From the NCBI GenBank assembly GCA_032718475.1, contig JAUCBJ010007049.1:1-64000 (forward strand): a DNA stretch of 64,000 bases. Reading direction: 5' to 3'. Below the pieces are notes generated by a model that saw only the letters and a program-made list of their open reading frames with translations, ran no database searches and was not told where the DNA came from. Position 1 is the first letter of the stretch. Each line of letters starts with the position of its first letter. Of the stretch, positions 46,929 to 57,531 are shown piece by piece. A program made the translations under genes and the position numbers. This stretch comes from Nemertoderma westbladi (lineage: Eukaryota > Animalia > Xenacoelomorpha).

Positions 46929-47720
46929 AACTACGGTTCAGTAGGACTAAAGTTATTTGAAAATTTTGTATTTTGAGGTAAAAGTTTATATTTGATTAGC
47001 TAAGTGCTGATTTTTTGAAATAAAATTTGATTTGAACCGCGTGTAAAATATTTTTGGAATTGAATACCGGTGTTTAAAAGGGTTTAAATACCATATTGTA
47101 CCGGTACAAAATTTTTGTAAAAGTAAAACCTAACTCTTTTGTTTTTCAGGATTCAGAACTCATTTCTAGACTGTAACGGGAGCAAGACCGTGTTTAGCAA
47201 GTTTGGGAGATAGATAACTCAACAACTTTGGTTGGGAAAATCGCGCTTCGTCCGCAACGCTGGAAACGGAAAGGTTCACGTTCGGTTTGTATCTGGGAAT
47301 CTGTTTTTCTGGAGAATTATTGGAGTGGGTGAGTTCGAAAAGTTGCATAAATAAGTTAGGCATTACCGTATTAGTTAAAATTATTGTGGGTTCCACTGTC
47401 TCAAGTATTTATGCATTCCGTATGATTTCTTTGTTCATTGCTGAATTAGTCCGTATTATTGTATTTAATTTACCTTTTGATAACGCATATCGTTATCCGA
47501 TTTATTTGTTATAAAATTGGCCGCTAGGCTAATTTTATTATATACTTATTCCGTGACATTTATTTGCTGTAAAATTGGCCGTCTAGGCTAATTTTATCCA
47601 TCTGCTATAAAATCGGCCGGTAGGCTAATTTTATATGACTGTAATTAGTACCATTTAGATATAAATACGGTAAATTTGATACTTTGACACTCACATTTTA
47701 CTTGACCTACAACTACCGAA

Positions 47721-50700
47721 ATGAGTGACAAACAAGACTATACGAAGAATACACCTACCGACTATGACTCATGTGACGCGGATAAGTCAGCAGCGGAAGA
47801 ACAACAGGGGAAGACTCGCGAGCCTACCGAACCTACACCGTGTGCGTCACCAGTACATCCAACGGGAGTACCGGATGCCGTAGTACGAGGCGACGGCAGG
47901 ACCGAGGACTTTCTAACTGTTCCGCAACCTAGATACAGGGAAACGGACATGGTAAGTTCAGTAGGAAGCCAGGAGAGCGTAGTTAGAAGCGTCGGCGGTT
48001 ACATGGCGCATATTACCAGGAGTATTGGAGAAGGCCAACGCATATTAGACGAGTTAACCGCTCCGATGTCTCGGTTCGAGTTCTACACTCTACAGGTGAG
48101 AGTACAGAGTAAAGTATATAAGTCCGTAGATAATCTAATTGGTCTACAAGATCTAGCTAGACAGAGACAGGACATGGATACTCAACTTAGAATCCTCGAG
48201 AAACTAATGATCGCTAGAGAGAAACTGATTCAGTTTAAGTCGACGATTAGACAGATACAACAGGAACAAGCGGACCAGTTGTTAGGTGAGTCAGTTTCGG
48301 ACGAATTATTGCAACCCGAGGAAGAACAGGAACTGTATAGGCTGGATGGACAATTGAAACACCTGACAGATCACTTACGCATGTGCGGCGAGGACGTCGG
48401 AGATTGGGAAACCGTGCCGGAGGCTACGAGGGAAACTTCACTCGCACAAATCAAACCGGCACCGGGAACACTAGATCAATCACTGGTGAGTATTCGCAGC
48501 GAAATTGGCGAGGTGAGTATGGCTACGTCAGAAATTGCTCGACAACAGCAGATCTACAGACAACAACAAGAGTGGGAGGAACAAACTCAATTCTTAATGG
48601 CACAAGTAGCAGCAGAAGAAGAGAAACTACGCGTTGCGAATGTTGCGAGAATCTCTCATCTGCAAGAACAAGCTGAGTTGGAAGTAGCCGAAATGGAAAG
48701 GTTAGAGTTGGACATTGCACAACAAGCAGCAGCGGCCGAGTTAGCGCAACGAACGGCAGCGGCCGAGTTAGAGCGACAAGCAGCAGCGGCAGCGGCAGCG
48801 GCAGCGTCCGAGTTAGAGCGACAAAGGTTAGCTTCAGAAGCGAGAACCGAAATGAAAAAACGGCAAATAAAGGCTCAATCAGCTATACGACAAGCGGAGT
48901 TCGAGGCGCAACAACAACAAACGGAACAACGCGAGAAAGAAGTTAAACTTCGTTTCGAACTCGAGAAGAAGGCGAGAGAATTAGCCAACGCCAAGGAAGA
49001 CCTGGATCTACAAGCCCGCGATCGATCGATGAGATCTCGAGACGGACATGATTTAGACCAGATGGAGGTAAGGCACCGCCAAATCCAGGAACGAATGAAG
49101 GAAGGTTCGATAGGAGCACCTGGACGGGAACGACAATTAGTTAAAGACTTATGTCAAAGATTCCCTCAAGTAACTCCTATGTTTGCACCAGTTACGACTA
49201 AGGAACCTGTTTCGATTGCGGGTAGTAGTAACATTTCTCCTATCCGTGGTGCGACGGAACACAGGTTTGTTATTCCGGACAAGTTTACACCACCAAGAGC
49301 AACGTCGTCGCCTATTCTAAAAGTCAAGGTAAGTAACCCACCGATTACAGATCGTAGTAGTTTATTAGTCGAACCTGTATTACTGACGACTAAACAGGTG
49401 AGTCCACTGTCGACACCTAAACCCGTTACACACTACGAATACCCAATGACGTTTCGACCTACAAGGCCAGTTCAGTTTACATCGCAATCTACGACTTCGA
49501 GGAAGACTTGTGAGCCTACCGAACAACGGAGACCAGTGGATACGCGACCGAACCAGTTTACATCGCAATCTACGACTTCGAGGAAGACTTGTGAGCCTAC
49601 CGAACAACGGAGACCAGTGGATACGCGACCGAACCAGTTTACATCGCAATCTACGACTTCGAGGAAGACTTGTGAGCCTACCGAACAACGGAGACCAGTG
49701 GATACGCGACCGAACCAGTTTACATCGCAATCTACGACTTCGAGGAAGACTTGTGAGCCTACCGAACAACGGAGATCAGTGGACGATGTTCCAAAGCGAA
49801 ACGTGAGAATTCGTACGACGCAACGGACGCGAACACGTCGACCACCATATCCAGATGATAGTAGTACTTCGAGCGAATCGGATTACCCGAAACGCGAGGT
49901 ATTTAGAACAGGGGCGGCCGATGAATATAAACGCGAGCGTTCAGACAACTCCTTTGCAGACAATCCTCCACAAAATACACCAACACAGAAGGCGTTACAA
50001 CCCACGGACGCAATCAGTACACAACAGTTAGCCGACATCATGCGACCAGTTGTTAACAAGTTGGCTCAGATCGAGGAGCGTCTGGAGGAAGTTCAAACCG
50101 ATAGTTCGAGGAACACTGAATTCGAACACAATAGACACCCGAAGGAACCACAAAGACCGGTACCTTCAAAACACCCATCGTATCAGGGAAAAGCGCCAAG
50201 AAGGGATATCAACCAGTGTACCAACCAAGGACGCGAAACTCGGAACGTTGCCGAGGAGATAGCGAAATTCGCAGCCAGACAGGGATTGCCGGTGCAACAA
50301 CCACCTAAGTTTTCCGGTAGCTCAAAACACTGGCACACTTTCGTAGACTATATCGAATCTCAGATCGCCGTGTGCGCCTTTACATCACGGGAGAAGTTTA
50401 ATTACCTGCTTCAAACGTTGTCAGGAGAACCTAAACGTTTGGCAGAGACCTTCGTTGGTGTACCGGACGCCTTCGAACTAGCGTACGATCGTTTAACTTC
50501 GATATATGGAGGTACAGTCAGTATGGCCAGGTCAGTAATAGAGGAACTCTGTAAGGGAGGGGCTATCACTAAACCCGTCGACTTATTAAAACTGGCCGAC
50601 GAGATAAAGAACGCTATCACTACTTTAAGATCCATTGGACAACTTGACTACGGGAATACCCCTACAGTCCTATTAAAGATCATAGGACGACTCCACCATC

Positions 50701-52301
50701 GACTTCGTCGGGAGTGGAGAAAGATCGAATACCAGCGAGAAGAGCGGGGTGGATTCTTAAAATTAGAAGATGTGTACCTTTTGATATCCAGGGAGGCAGT
50801 AGTAGAAACTCGATCTAACTACACTGACCAGCACATCGTGGCAGAAGGGATCACCTTGCCATCCTCCAACCGACAAAAACCCCAGACAACATCCACCAAG
50901 ACGGCCACTTACGCCACATCGACGGAAACCCGACAATTCTCGGACGGAAATAGGGTATCTACGCCCATTGGGATAAAACAGACTCGACAGCAACTCAGTA
51001 CCGACTTCAGCGGCTGCCAATACTGCGAGCATTTAGGCAAGCGGTATAGCGGTCACAAGTTGAGAGGTTGTCGACAGTTTCGCGAGTTAAACTCGGAAGA
51101 ACGACGGCTGCAGATACGGCCATTGGACTCTTGTTGGCGGTGTACGCGACACGGACACGTCCGTAAAGATTGCCCAAATACCGACACTTGTCCATCCTGT
51201 GGACGCAACCACGACGGTCTGCTCCACACAGACAGCCACACGCCGACAAAACGCTTCGCCAGGGAACACCCGGAAGCAGCAGCGAGATGTGATGCGGCCT
51301 ATAAGAATCGAGAATCGAAAACGACTCCAACCTTCGTGACCCATATTGAGGATTGCTTCTCAGAACAACCCGGATCGTCGGACGAAGAGTCAGAAGACGA
51401 CGACGTATATTCGGATGGAGATGAACAGCCATCGATCGCGCTTCTGACTACTGACCAACTGAAGGGATTCAGTGTAATTCCGATTAAGATTACTGGCACA
51501 AAGGGGAGTAAGAGAATCTACGCTATCCTGGATTCAGCCTCATCTCACAGCTACGTGGATGAAAAGATAGCTGACGTCGTGACGGATCTCAGACTAGGTA
51601 AGCGCGTCAGTTATACCGTAAGTAGTATGCACGGACAGCGTGCAATACCAGTGACACGAGTTAAGTTGGACTTAGACTCTCTTCTTCCAAAATCGCAGCA
51701 CAGCGAGAGGGAGAGGTCTTTGTTACCCTTCAAGGATTTGACCTTTGCGGCCACAAAAGACTTTAGTAACCTACTAGGTCCGGTCCCAGAACAATCCTTG
51801 GAGGACCGTAAGTATTTCAGACACCTTGGTGTACCTGAATGTCCTGTCAATTATAGATCGGTAGCCATGCTGATCGGGACGGACCAATTCAACCTACATC
51901 AGGTGTGGGAAACCAGACCATCGGCAGTCGTAGCGGGAAACGCATACGCCTGTAGAACGCCGATAGGGTGGTATACTCGAGCGCCTGTGCGCACACTGGA
52001 CATAAGTGACGAGGAAGACGATGTACAAAGTACATGTAGTTTATTAACTATAAATTCAATTCATTCCTTTTCACACGACGTGGACCATACTACACTACAG
52101 TCGACAAAACATAACAGACGTGTAACTAGTATGATAAGTCACAAGGAGCAGCTAACCCACCAGGTGAGTTTAGAACTTGGGGAGAAGACGAGTCAGCTAG
52201 AGATTCCATCGACGACAGATGATAGGCTTGCGAGTCTACCTACCCCAACAACCTCAACAATGCCCGTCGATATCGATGATGACGCGTTGAGAAATCATTA
52301 A
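47721..52301 (+). CDS. Gag-protease part of the B polyprotein
   Basis: PKFSGSSKHW, three Cys/His knuckles (CQYC, CWRC, CPSC), ILDSAS protease motif. Confidence 0.92.
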   Translation: MSDKQDYTKNTPTDYDSCDADKSAAEEQQGKTREPTEPTPCASPVHPTGVPDAVVRGDGRTEDFLTVPQPRYRETDMVSSVGSQESVVRSVGGYMAHITRSIGEGQRILDELTAPMSRFEFYTLQVRVQSKVYKSVDNLIGLQDLARQRQDMDTQLRILEKLMIAREKLIQFKSTIRQIQQEQADQLLGESVSDELLQPEEEQELYRLDGQLKHLTDHLRMCGEDVGDWETVPEATRETSLAQIKPAPGTLDQSLVSIRSEIGEVSMATSEIARQQQIYRQQQEWEEQTQFLMAQVAAEEEKLRVANVARISHLQEQAELEVAEMERLELDIAQQAAAAELAQRTAAAELERQAAAAAAAAASELERQRLASEARTEMKKRQIKAQSAIRQAEFEAQQQQTEQREKEVKLRFELEKKARELANAKEDLDLQARDRSMRSRDGHDLDQMEVRHRQIQERMKEGSIGAPGRERQLVKDLCQRFPQVTPMFAPVTTKEPVSIAGSSNISPIRGATEHRFVIPDKFTPPRATSSPILKVKVSNPPITDRSSLLVEPVLLTTKQVSPLSTPKPVTHYEYPMTFRPTRPVQFTSQSTTSRKTCEPTEQRRPVDTRPNQFTSQSTTSRKTCEPTEQRRPVDTRPNQFTSQSTTSRKTCEPTEQRRPVDTRPNQFTSQSTTSRKTCEPTEQRRSVDDVPKRNVRIRTTQRTRTRRPPYPDDSSTSSESDYPKREVFRTGAADEYKRERSDNSFADNPPQNTPTQKALQPTDAISTQQLADIMRPVVNKLAQIEERLEEVQTDSSRNTEFEHNRHPKEPQRPVPSKHPSYQGKAPRRDINQCTNQGRETRNVAEEIAKFAARQGLPVQQPPKFSGSSKHWHTFVDYIESQIAVCAFTSREKFNYLLQTLSGEPKRLAETFVGVPDAFELAYDRLTSIYGGTVSMARSVIEELCKGGAITKPVDLLKLADEIKNAITTLRSIGQLDYGNTPTVLLKIIGRLHHRLRREWRKIEYQREERGGFLKLEDVYLLISREAVVETRSNYTDQHIVAEGITLPSSNRQKPQTTSTKTATYATSTETRQFSDGNRVSTPIGIKQTRQQLSTDFSGCQYCEHLGKRYSGHKLRGCRQFRELNSEERRLQIRPLDSCWRCTRHGHVRKDCPNTDTCPSCGRNHDGLLHTDSHTPTKRFAREHPEAAARCDAAYKNRESKTTPTFVTHIEDCFSEQPGSSDEESEDDDVYSDGDEQPSIALLTTDQLKGFSVIPIKITGTKGSKRIYAILDSASSHSYVDEKIADVVTDLRLGKRVSYTVSSMHGQRAIPVTRVKLDLDSLLPKSQHSERERSLLPFKDLTFAATKDFSNLLGPVPEQSLEDRKYFRHLGVPECPVNYRSVAMLIGTDQFNLHQVWETRPSAVVAGNAYACRTPIGWYTRAPVRTLDISDEEDDVQSTCSLLTINSIHSFSHDVDHTTLQSTKHNRRVTSMISHKEQLTHQVSLELGEKTSQLEIPSTTDDRLASLPTPTTSTMPVDIDDDALRNH
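49472..49780 (+). repeat. In-frame 81-bp repeat in gag of B, about 4 copies
   Basis: QFTSQSTTSRKTCEPTEQRRPVDTRPN repeated. Confidence 0.92.
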
Positions 52302-55300
52302 ATGGAACAAGCCGCATTGGACAAAGAATTGACGGAGAAGACTATCAGGTGGTTAGAACAAGATACAGCTGAACCTGGTAGCTACGAACCATGTATGTCG
52401 GAACAGGAGAAACAATCTTTGAGGATCATGGAAGATACTATCCGCCAGACGAAAGACGGACATTATGAGGTGGGGATGTTATGGCGTAGCCAAAGTCCTA
52501 AACTTATAAATAACTACCCACTAGCTTTAAGACGTCTACACTCAATACGGCAACGTCTATTAAAGGACGAGAAAGCCCATCTGCAGTACAACACTCAGAT
52601 GGAGACGTATTTGACTAAGGGATACGCTATCCGAATGACTAACCCAGAGATAGTGACTAACCAAACATATTACTTGCCACATCACTATGTGAGACACCCC
52701 GACAAACCAGATAAAGTACGCGTAGTCAATGACTGTGCGGCTCTGTTTGAGGGAATGTCCCTCAATAGTGAGTTGATGGATGGACCAAACATGAATAATT
52801 ATCTTATGGGGGTGATTATGCGCTTCCGTCAGCGTCAAGTAGCTTTTACTTGTGACGTAGAAGCGATGTTTCACCAAGTGAAAGCGTTAGAGCGAGACAG
52901 AGACAGTTTGCGGTTCCTCTGGTACCCGGAAGGAGACTTAAGTCTACCACCGGCGACTTACCAAATGCAAGTTCGCGTTTTCGGTGCCAGGGACAGCCCA
53001 AACTGCACGATGTACACCCTAAAACAAGCCGCTAGGGATCAGAAACATCTATATGACCCAGAGATAATTAAAATCGTAGAACGTGACTTTTACGTTGACG
53101 ACGGTTTACAGAGTTGCGACACAGTAGAACGTGCTACAACAGTAGCACATCAATTACGGGACTGCTTAGCGGGCGGAGGTTTTAACCTCACCAAATTCGC
53201 CTCAAACAGTGCCGAATTAGTAGATTCATTCGGAACGACTGAGCGTGGAGGTGGTGACATAGACCTAGAGTTCGAACCACTACCGACGACCAAGGTGTTG
53301 GGGCTCTTTTGGGACCCAAACACGGACAACTTTCGAGTGAAAGTAAGACTGGACAGTCAAGAAAACACACTGACAAAGAGATCATGCTTGTCAAAATTGA
53401 GCCGATTGTTCGATCCATTAGGATTCATCAGTCCAATAATACTGCAAGCCCGCATTTATATGCGCAGTATTTGGAAGGATGGACTGACATGGGACGAGCC
53501 GATCTCATCAGACCAAGTGGACTTATGGAAGACCTGGGAGGCGGAATTATCTTCGCTAGAAGATTATTCCATACCCAGAGTCTACTTTCCATTACAAACT
53601 ACATTTCCTGACAACTTGGAATTACATTGTTTTTCTGACGCCAGTGACAACGGTTTTGGTGTGGCAGCGTACTTGCGCAGACAAGTAGACTCAGAAGAAT
53701 TCGACGTTTCGCTCATTACTTCTAAGGCAAAAACAATGCCTACTAAGTATATGACGACACCACGAGCTGAGCTACAAGCCGCAACCCTGTCAACCACCAT
53801 CGTGAACCTTATACAGACAGAACTACAGTCAAGTTTACAGATATTTTATTGGACTGACGCGACGTTGGTTTTATTTTACATAAACAACGACACACTTGAA
53901 TTCAAGACATTCGTAGCTAACCGTCGCGCGGAAATTCTGGACCGTTCAATAAAAGAGGATTGGCGACATTGTCCCGGACCACAAAACCCAGCCGATATTG
54001 CGTCGCGAGGAATGATGCCTGAGGAATTCTGTAAACCGGAGAACAAAGAATTTTGGCAACACGGACCCCAATTCTTGCAGAAATCGACGCAAGATTGGCC
54101 ACCGTTATACGACAACAAGTCTAACACCATCCCTAAGGACGCCGAAATCAAGAAACCAAAAAAGGGGAAGGCAAAGAAAAAGACGACGGCGACTAAACTC
54201 AAGAAAAAACCGAAGGCGAAATGGAAAGATATAACTTCAAAGGTCAAGAGAGGAAGACTTGCGAGCCTTTCTACACCAGACATATCGCCAGACGGTCAAC
54301 CAGACACGTTACTAGACAGCCAACCAGACATTTTGCCAGACATATCACAAAATGTTCTACCAGACACTAGTAACACATTGACAAATAGAAAAGCCGCAGT
54401 TTCTCTATTGGAGCGGCCTTCTGTTGACAAACAACCAGATACGTTACCAGACGTATCGCCAGACACATTACTAGACAGTCGACTAGACATTTTGTCAGAA
54501 ACATCACAAAATGTTCTACCGGACATTAGTAATGTATTGACTAACAGTAAAGCCGCAGTTTCCCTATTGGAGCGGCCTTGTATTGACAAACTACCAATTT
54601 TGACACACTTGAGCAACCATAAGCATGGTGAAACCTCATGTATTACAGATGTGGGTAGTACCTACGCTAACGTAAATACAGGTGTTACTCTGCGCTCAAG
54701 AGACATACCCAACTTGCAACCTATGGTGAGACCTGGGATTAATGTCGGCAGAAAAATAGGTTTACCGAAACCTGCTGACCCCATAGAGTTCAAACCACCA
54801 TTAACGATCGACTTACAAAGTACCGACAATCAAGGTAAGAAGACGAAGAAGGATAAATTACTTGTAGACCCGGACGGATCAACAGTCAACAAGGGAATAC
54901 TTACCGGCGGACCCGTGGGCCCTTCTAGTAATTCAAAACCTTCAAAATTCTCCATTGACTTACCTGATGACGTCACAAATACTCACGTCGACCGTATTGT
55001 AAACTTAACAGACTCTTGGTCAAACGCTTGCCGAAAATTAGCGTGGATTGTACGTTTTGTACAATACGTTAAAGGCAAACGCGACTTTACACGTCGACTT
55101 ACATTGGCTGAGATTGACAGGTGTGAGATTAAATTAATTCGCCATTACCAACTGCGATATTTCGCGCGCGAATTCACATCCATAAATCAAGGTCAACCAA
55201 TCAAGTCGTCACCAATATTGAGTTGGAGTCCGATTATTTATAATGGCTTAATTTGTCATAAATCTCGGCTTCAAAACATTGACTTTAACACAAACTTTAG

Positions 55301-56495
55301 ATACCCAATAATAATACCGCAACACCACGAACTACAACGTGCAATGATACTGGACGCACATTTACATCTGAAACACGCTGGAAGACACCACTGTCTTTCC
55401 TACTTACGTACAAGATTTGTATTAATTAGACCCAGTAAAGCATTAAGTTCAGTGACACGTACGTGTATTATTTGTAAAAAGGTACATTCTAGAATAGGTA
55501 CCCAAGAAATGAGTGAACTACCACAAGCACGACTTCAAGCATTCAGACCACCTTTTACAGAGACTGGAATTGATTGCTTTGGTCCCATACATACGAAACG
55601 TGGACGTATACTAGTAAAACGCTGGGGACTGATTTTCACATGTATGTCCAGTAGGGCAGTTCATATTGAACGTGTGATGGATCTTTCCACCAACGCGTTT
55701 ATACTAGCATTGCGGCGATTTATCGCTAGACGCGGACTAGTGAAGTGCTTGTACTCAGACCAAGGGACAAACTTTGTTGGTGCTCGAAATGAGATTGCTA
55801 GAGCCTTTAAGAAATTAGATCATGATCAAATCTCGAACGAACTACAACCTCACAAGATTGTTTGGAAGTTTAATCCTCCAGATAGTCCATGGAGAGGCGG
55901 AGTCTGGGAGAGATTGATTAGATCTATAAAAACAGCCATGGCAAAGGTCATTCCAGTAAACCACATATTGACAGACGACCAACTGACAACACTGTTTGTT
56001 GAAATCGAGGCAATACTAAATACTAGACCAATAGTATTAGTACCCGATGACAAACAATCTCAGTTTGCTTTGACACCAGCACACCTGCTAATGCAGGCAC
56101 CGACCACTTTAATGCCTATTTCTATTCCAATAGAAAGCGACAGCTACGGTAGAAAAGCGTGGAAAATCACGCAACTACTGGCTAACAAATTCTGGGAAAT
56201 ATGGCAAAACCATTATTTGCCCTCTATTTCTGCCAGAACAACATGGTACAATAACACCCGCGCATTAAAGCCGGGAGATCACGTGCTGTTGGCAGAAGTG
56301 AATCTAAAAAGACGCTTCTGGATAACAGGTGTAATTTTAGCCACACATCCATCTATGGATGGAGTGACAAGAACTGTGACAGTACGGACAATTGACGGTC
56401 GTACAGTAGACAGACCGACACAACGTCTCGTACTTCTTGAAGAGACTCGTAACGAGTCTGGAGACTACAAATCTCCACCTAATACTAGTAAATAA
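52302..56495 (+). CDS. Pol of B (RT, RNase H, integrase), same frame as gag after one TAA
   Basis: FYVDDG, FSDAS, YWTDA, NPADIASRG, HAGRHH..CIIC, GIDCFGP, SDQGTNF, WERLI. Confidence 0.95.
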   Translation: MEQAALDKELTEKTIRWLEQDTAEPGSYEPCMSEQEKQSLRIMEDTIRQTKDGHYEVGMLWRSQSPKLINNYPLALRRLHSIRQRLLKDEKAHLQYNTQMETYLTKGYAIRMTNPEIVTNQTYYLPHHYVRHPDKPDKVRVVNDCAALFEGMSLNSELMDGPNMNNYLMGVIMRFRQRQVAFTCDVEAMFHQVKALERDRDSLRFLWYPEGDLSLPPATYQMQVRVFGARDSPNCTMYTLKQAARDQKHLYDPEIIKIVERDFYVDDGLQSCDTVERATTVAHQLRDCLAGGGFNLTKFASNSAELVDSFGTTERGGGDIDLEFEPLPTTKVLGLFWDPNTDNFRVKVRLDSQENTLTKRSCLSKLSRLFDPLGFISPIILQARIYMRSIWKDGLTWDEPISSDQVDLWKTWEAELSSLEDYSIPRVYFPLQTTFPDNLELHCFSDASDNGFGVAAYLRRQVDSEEFDVSLITSKAKTMPTKYMTTPRAELQAATLSTTIVNLIQTELQSSLQIFYWTDATLVLFYINNDTLEFKTFVANRRAEILDRSIKEDWRHCPGPQNPADIASRGMMPEEFCKPENKEFWQHGPQFLQKSTQDWPPLYDNKSNTIPKDAEIKKPKKGKAKKKTTATKLKKKPKAKWKDITSKVKRGRLASLSTPDISPDGQPDTLLDSQPDILPDISQNVLPDTSNTLTNRKAAVSLLERPSVDKQPDTLPDVSPDTLLDSRLDILSETSQNVLPDISNVLTNSKAAVSLLERPCIDKLPILTHLSNHKHGETSCITDVGSTYANVNTGVTLRSRDIPNLQPMVRPGINVGRKIGLPKPADPIEFKPPLTIDLQSTDNQGKKTKKDKLLVDPDGSTVNKGILTGGPVGPSSNSKPSKFSIDLPDDVTNTHVDRIVNLTDSWSNACRKLAWIVRFVQYVKGKRDFTRRLTLAEIDRCEIKLIRHYQLRYFAREFTSINQGQPIKSSPILSWSPIIYNGLICHKSRLQNIDFNTNFRYPIIIPQHHELQRAMILDAHLHLKHAGRHHCLSYLRTRFVLIRPSKALSSVTRTCIICKKVHSRIGTQEMSELPQARLQAFRPPFTETGIDCFGPIHTKRGRILVKRWGLIFTCMSSRAVHIERVMDLSTNAFILALRRFIARRGLVKCLYSDQGTNFVGARNEIARAFKKLDHDQISNELQPHKIVWKFNPPDSPWRGGVWERLIRSIKTAMAKVIPVNHILTDDQLTTLFVEIEAILNTRPIVLVPDDKQSQFALTPAHLLMQAPTTLMPISIPIESDSYGRKAWKITQLLANKFWEIWQNHYLPSISARTTWYNNTRALKPGDHVLLAEVNLKRRFWITGVILATHPSMDGVTRTVTVRTIDGRTVDRPTQRLVLLEETRNESGDYKSPPNTSK

Positions 56496-57051
56496 TTAGG
56501 AGTTTACAAATAGATTTCCATGTACCTGTACACCGTAGTAAAGACAGCGGTAGAATTCCATTGTCTTTATATGTGAACATTGAGGGTAGTACCCTTATGT
56601 GTCACATAGGAGCGGGATTTGTAGGTATAAGAAATGGAATTCTACTTGGAACTCACAATATTGAGACATTTTCGAAATTTTAGACAATCCATTTGGATTT
56701 GAAAAATTTTTAAAAATTTTCTCCAGTAAATAGATTTCAGGGTACAGTCGGGTGGAACTTAAAATTAGAGAAACAAGAGAGGAAGACTTGCGAGCCTTTC
56801 TTAAAATTTTAATTAAATCTTACACGGTCTTGTTTCAATAAGTTACGTCAATAAATAGACTCCCCTATATTTATTACTAATTCTTGACTGCTTATTTTCT
56901 GATAATAGTTTGGGATCAAAAAGTGAGTATTTTAGACTCACAGCCAGTTTAGCCCAAATTCGTTTTTTATTTCGGCAAAAAATTTTAGATAAGAAGCAGC
57001 GTGTCATTAAAGAAACCCTAGATCTTAGGCTATGGGTAGGAGGTTAGAGCG

Positions 57052-57531
57052 TTGTCGAGCCAAAAGGGCAGACGAAAACTCTCATGTCTCCTCACAACTA
57101 ACAATAAACTCTGTTGTATTCCCTCTAGTAGCAATGATTATGTAACTACACTTCTAATTATGGAGAAAGGGATACAAGGAGAGCCGAGATGGGGATATGA
57201 TATCCAAGAGGAAGCAGCAGCGCCATTCGAAAGATTTGGAGCCAAGGACTACACTATATTTGGTATAAAGGAATTATCAGAAAGTACAGCGAAACTCGCA
57301 AAGACTAAATATGACAACCCTTCTACAACTCCGACGCTCAGTGTGATGCCTTTACTCGAGCAGGATTTAGTATATTTCGAGACGTGTATCTTCGCTGTGC
57401 GGGATCTCTTATCGAAAGACCATCTATGTTTACATTGTTACCCTATGAAGGAGAACGTATCGTGGAGATTACGGATGAATCACGGCAGACGCGCGCGCCT
57501 ATCGGTCACCTTGGTGATGATTTCGAAGTAA
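57052..57531 (+). CDS. Probable N-terminal, frameshifted part of the B accessory gene
   Basis: Overlaps the next ORF. PLLEQDLVYFETC weakly recalls the ExoIII helix in C and D. Confidence 0.35.
   Translation: MSSQKGRRKLSCLLTTNNKLCCIPSSSNDYVTTLLIMEKGIQGEPRWGYDIQEEAAAPFERFGAKDYTIFGIKELSESTAKLAKTKYDNPSTTPTLSVMPLLEQDLVYFETCIFAVRDLLSKDHLCLHCYPMKENVSWRLRMNHGRRARLSVTLVMISK

Noticed and set aside
47166-47514. Leader ORFs on both strands
   Set aside because: A 1-nt indel between A and B changes their frames; no recognisable motifs.
52296-52304. In-frame TAA between gag-PR and pol of B as a programmed readthrough site
   Set aside because: Copy A has CAG at this codon (~3488-3490) and BEL elements normally have one ORF, so it is most likely a nonsense mutation.
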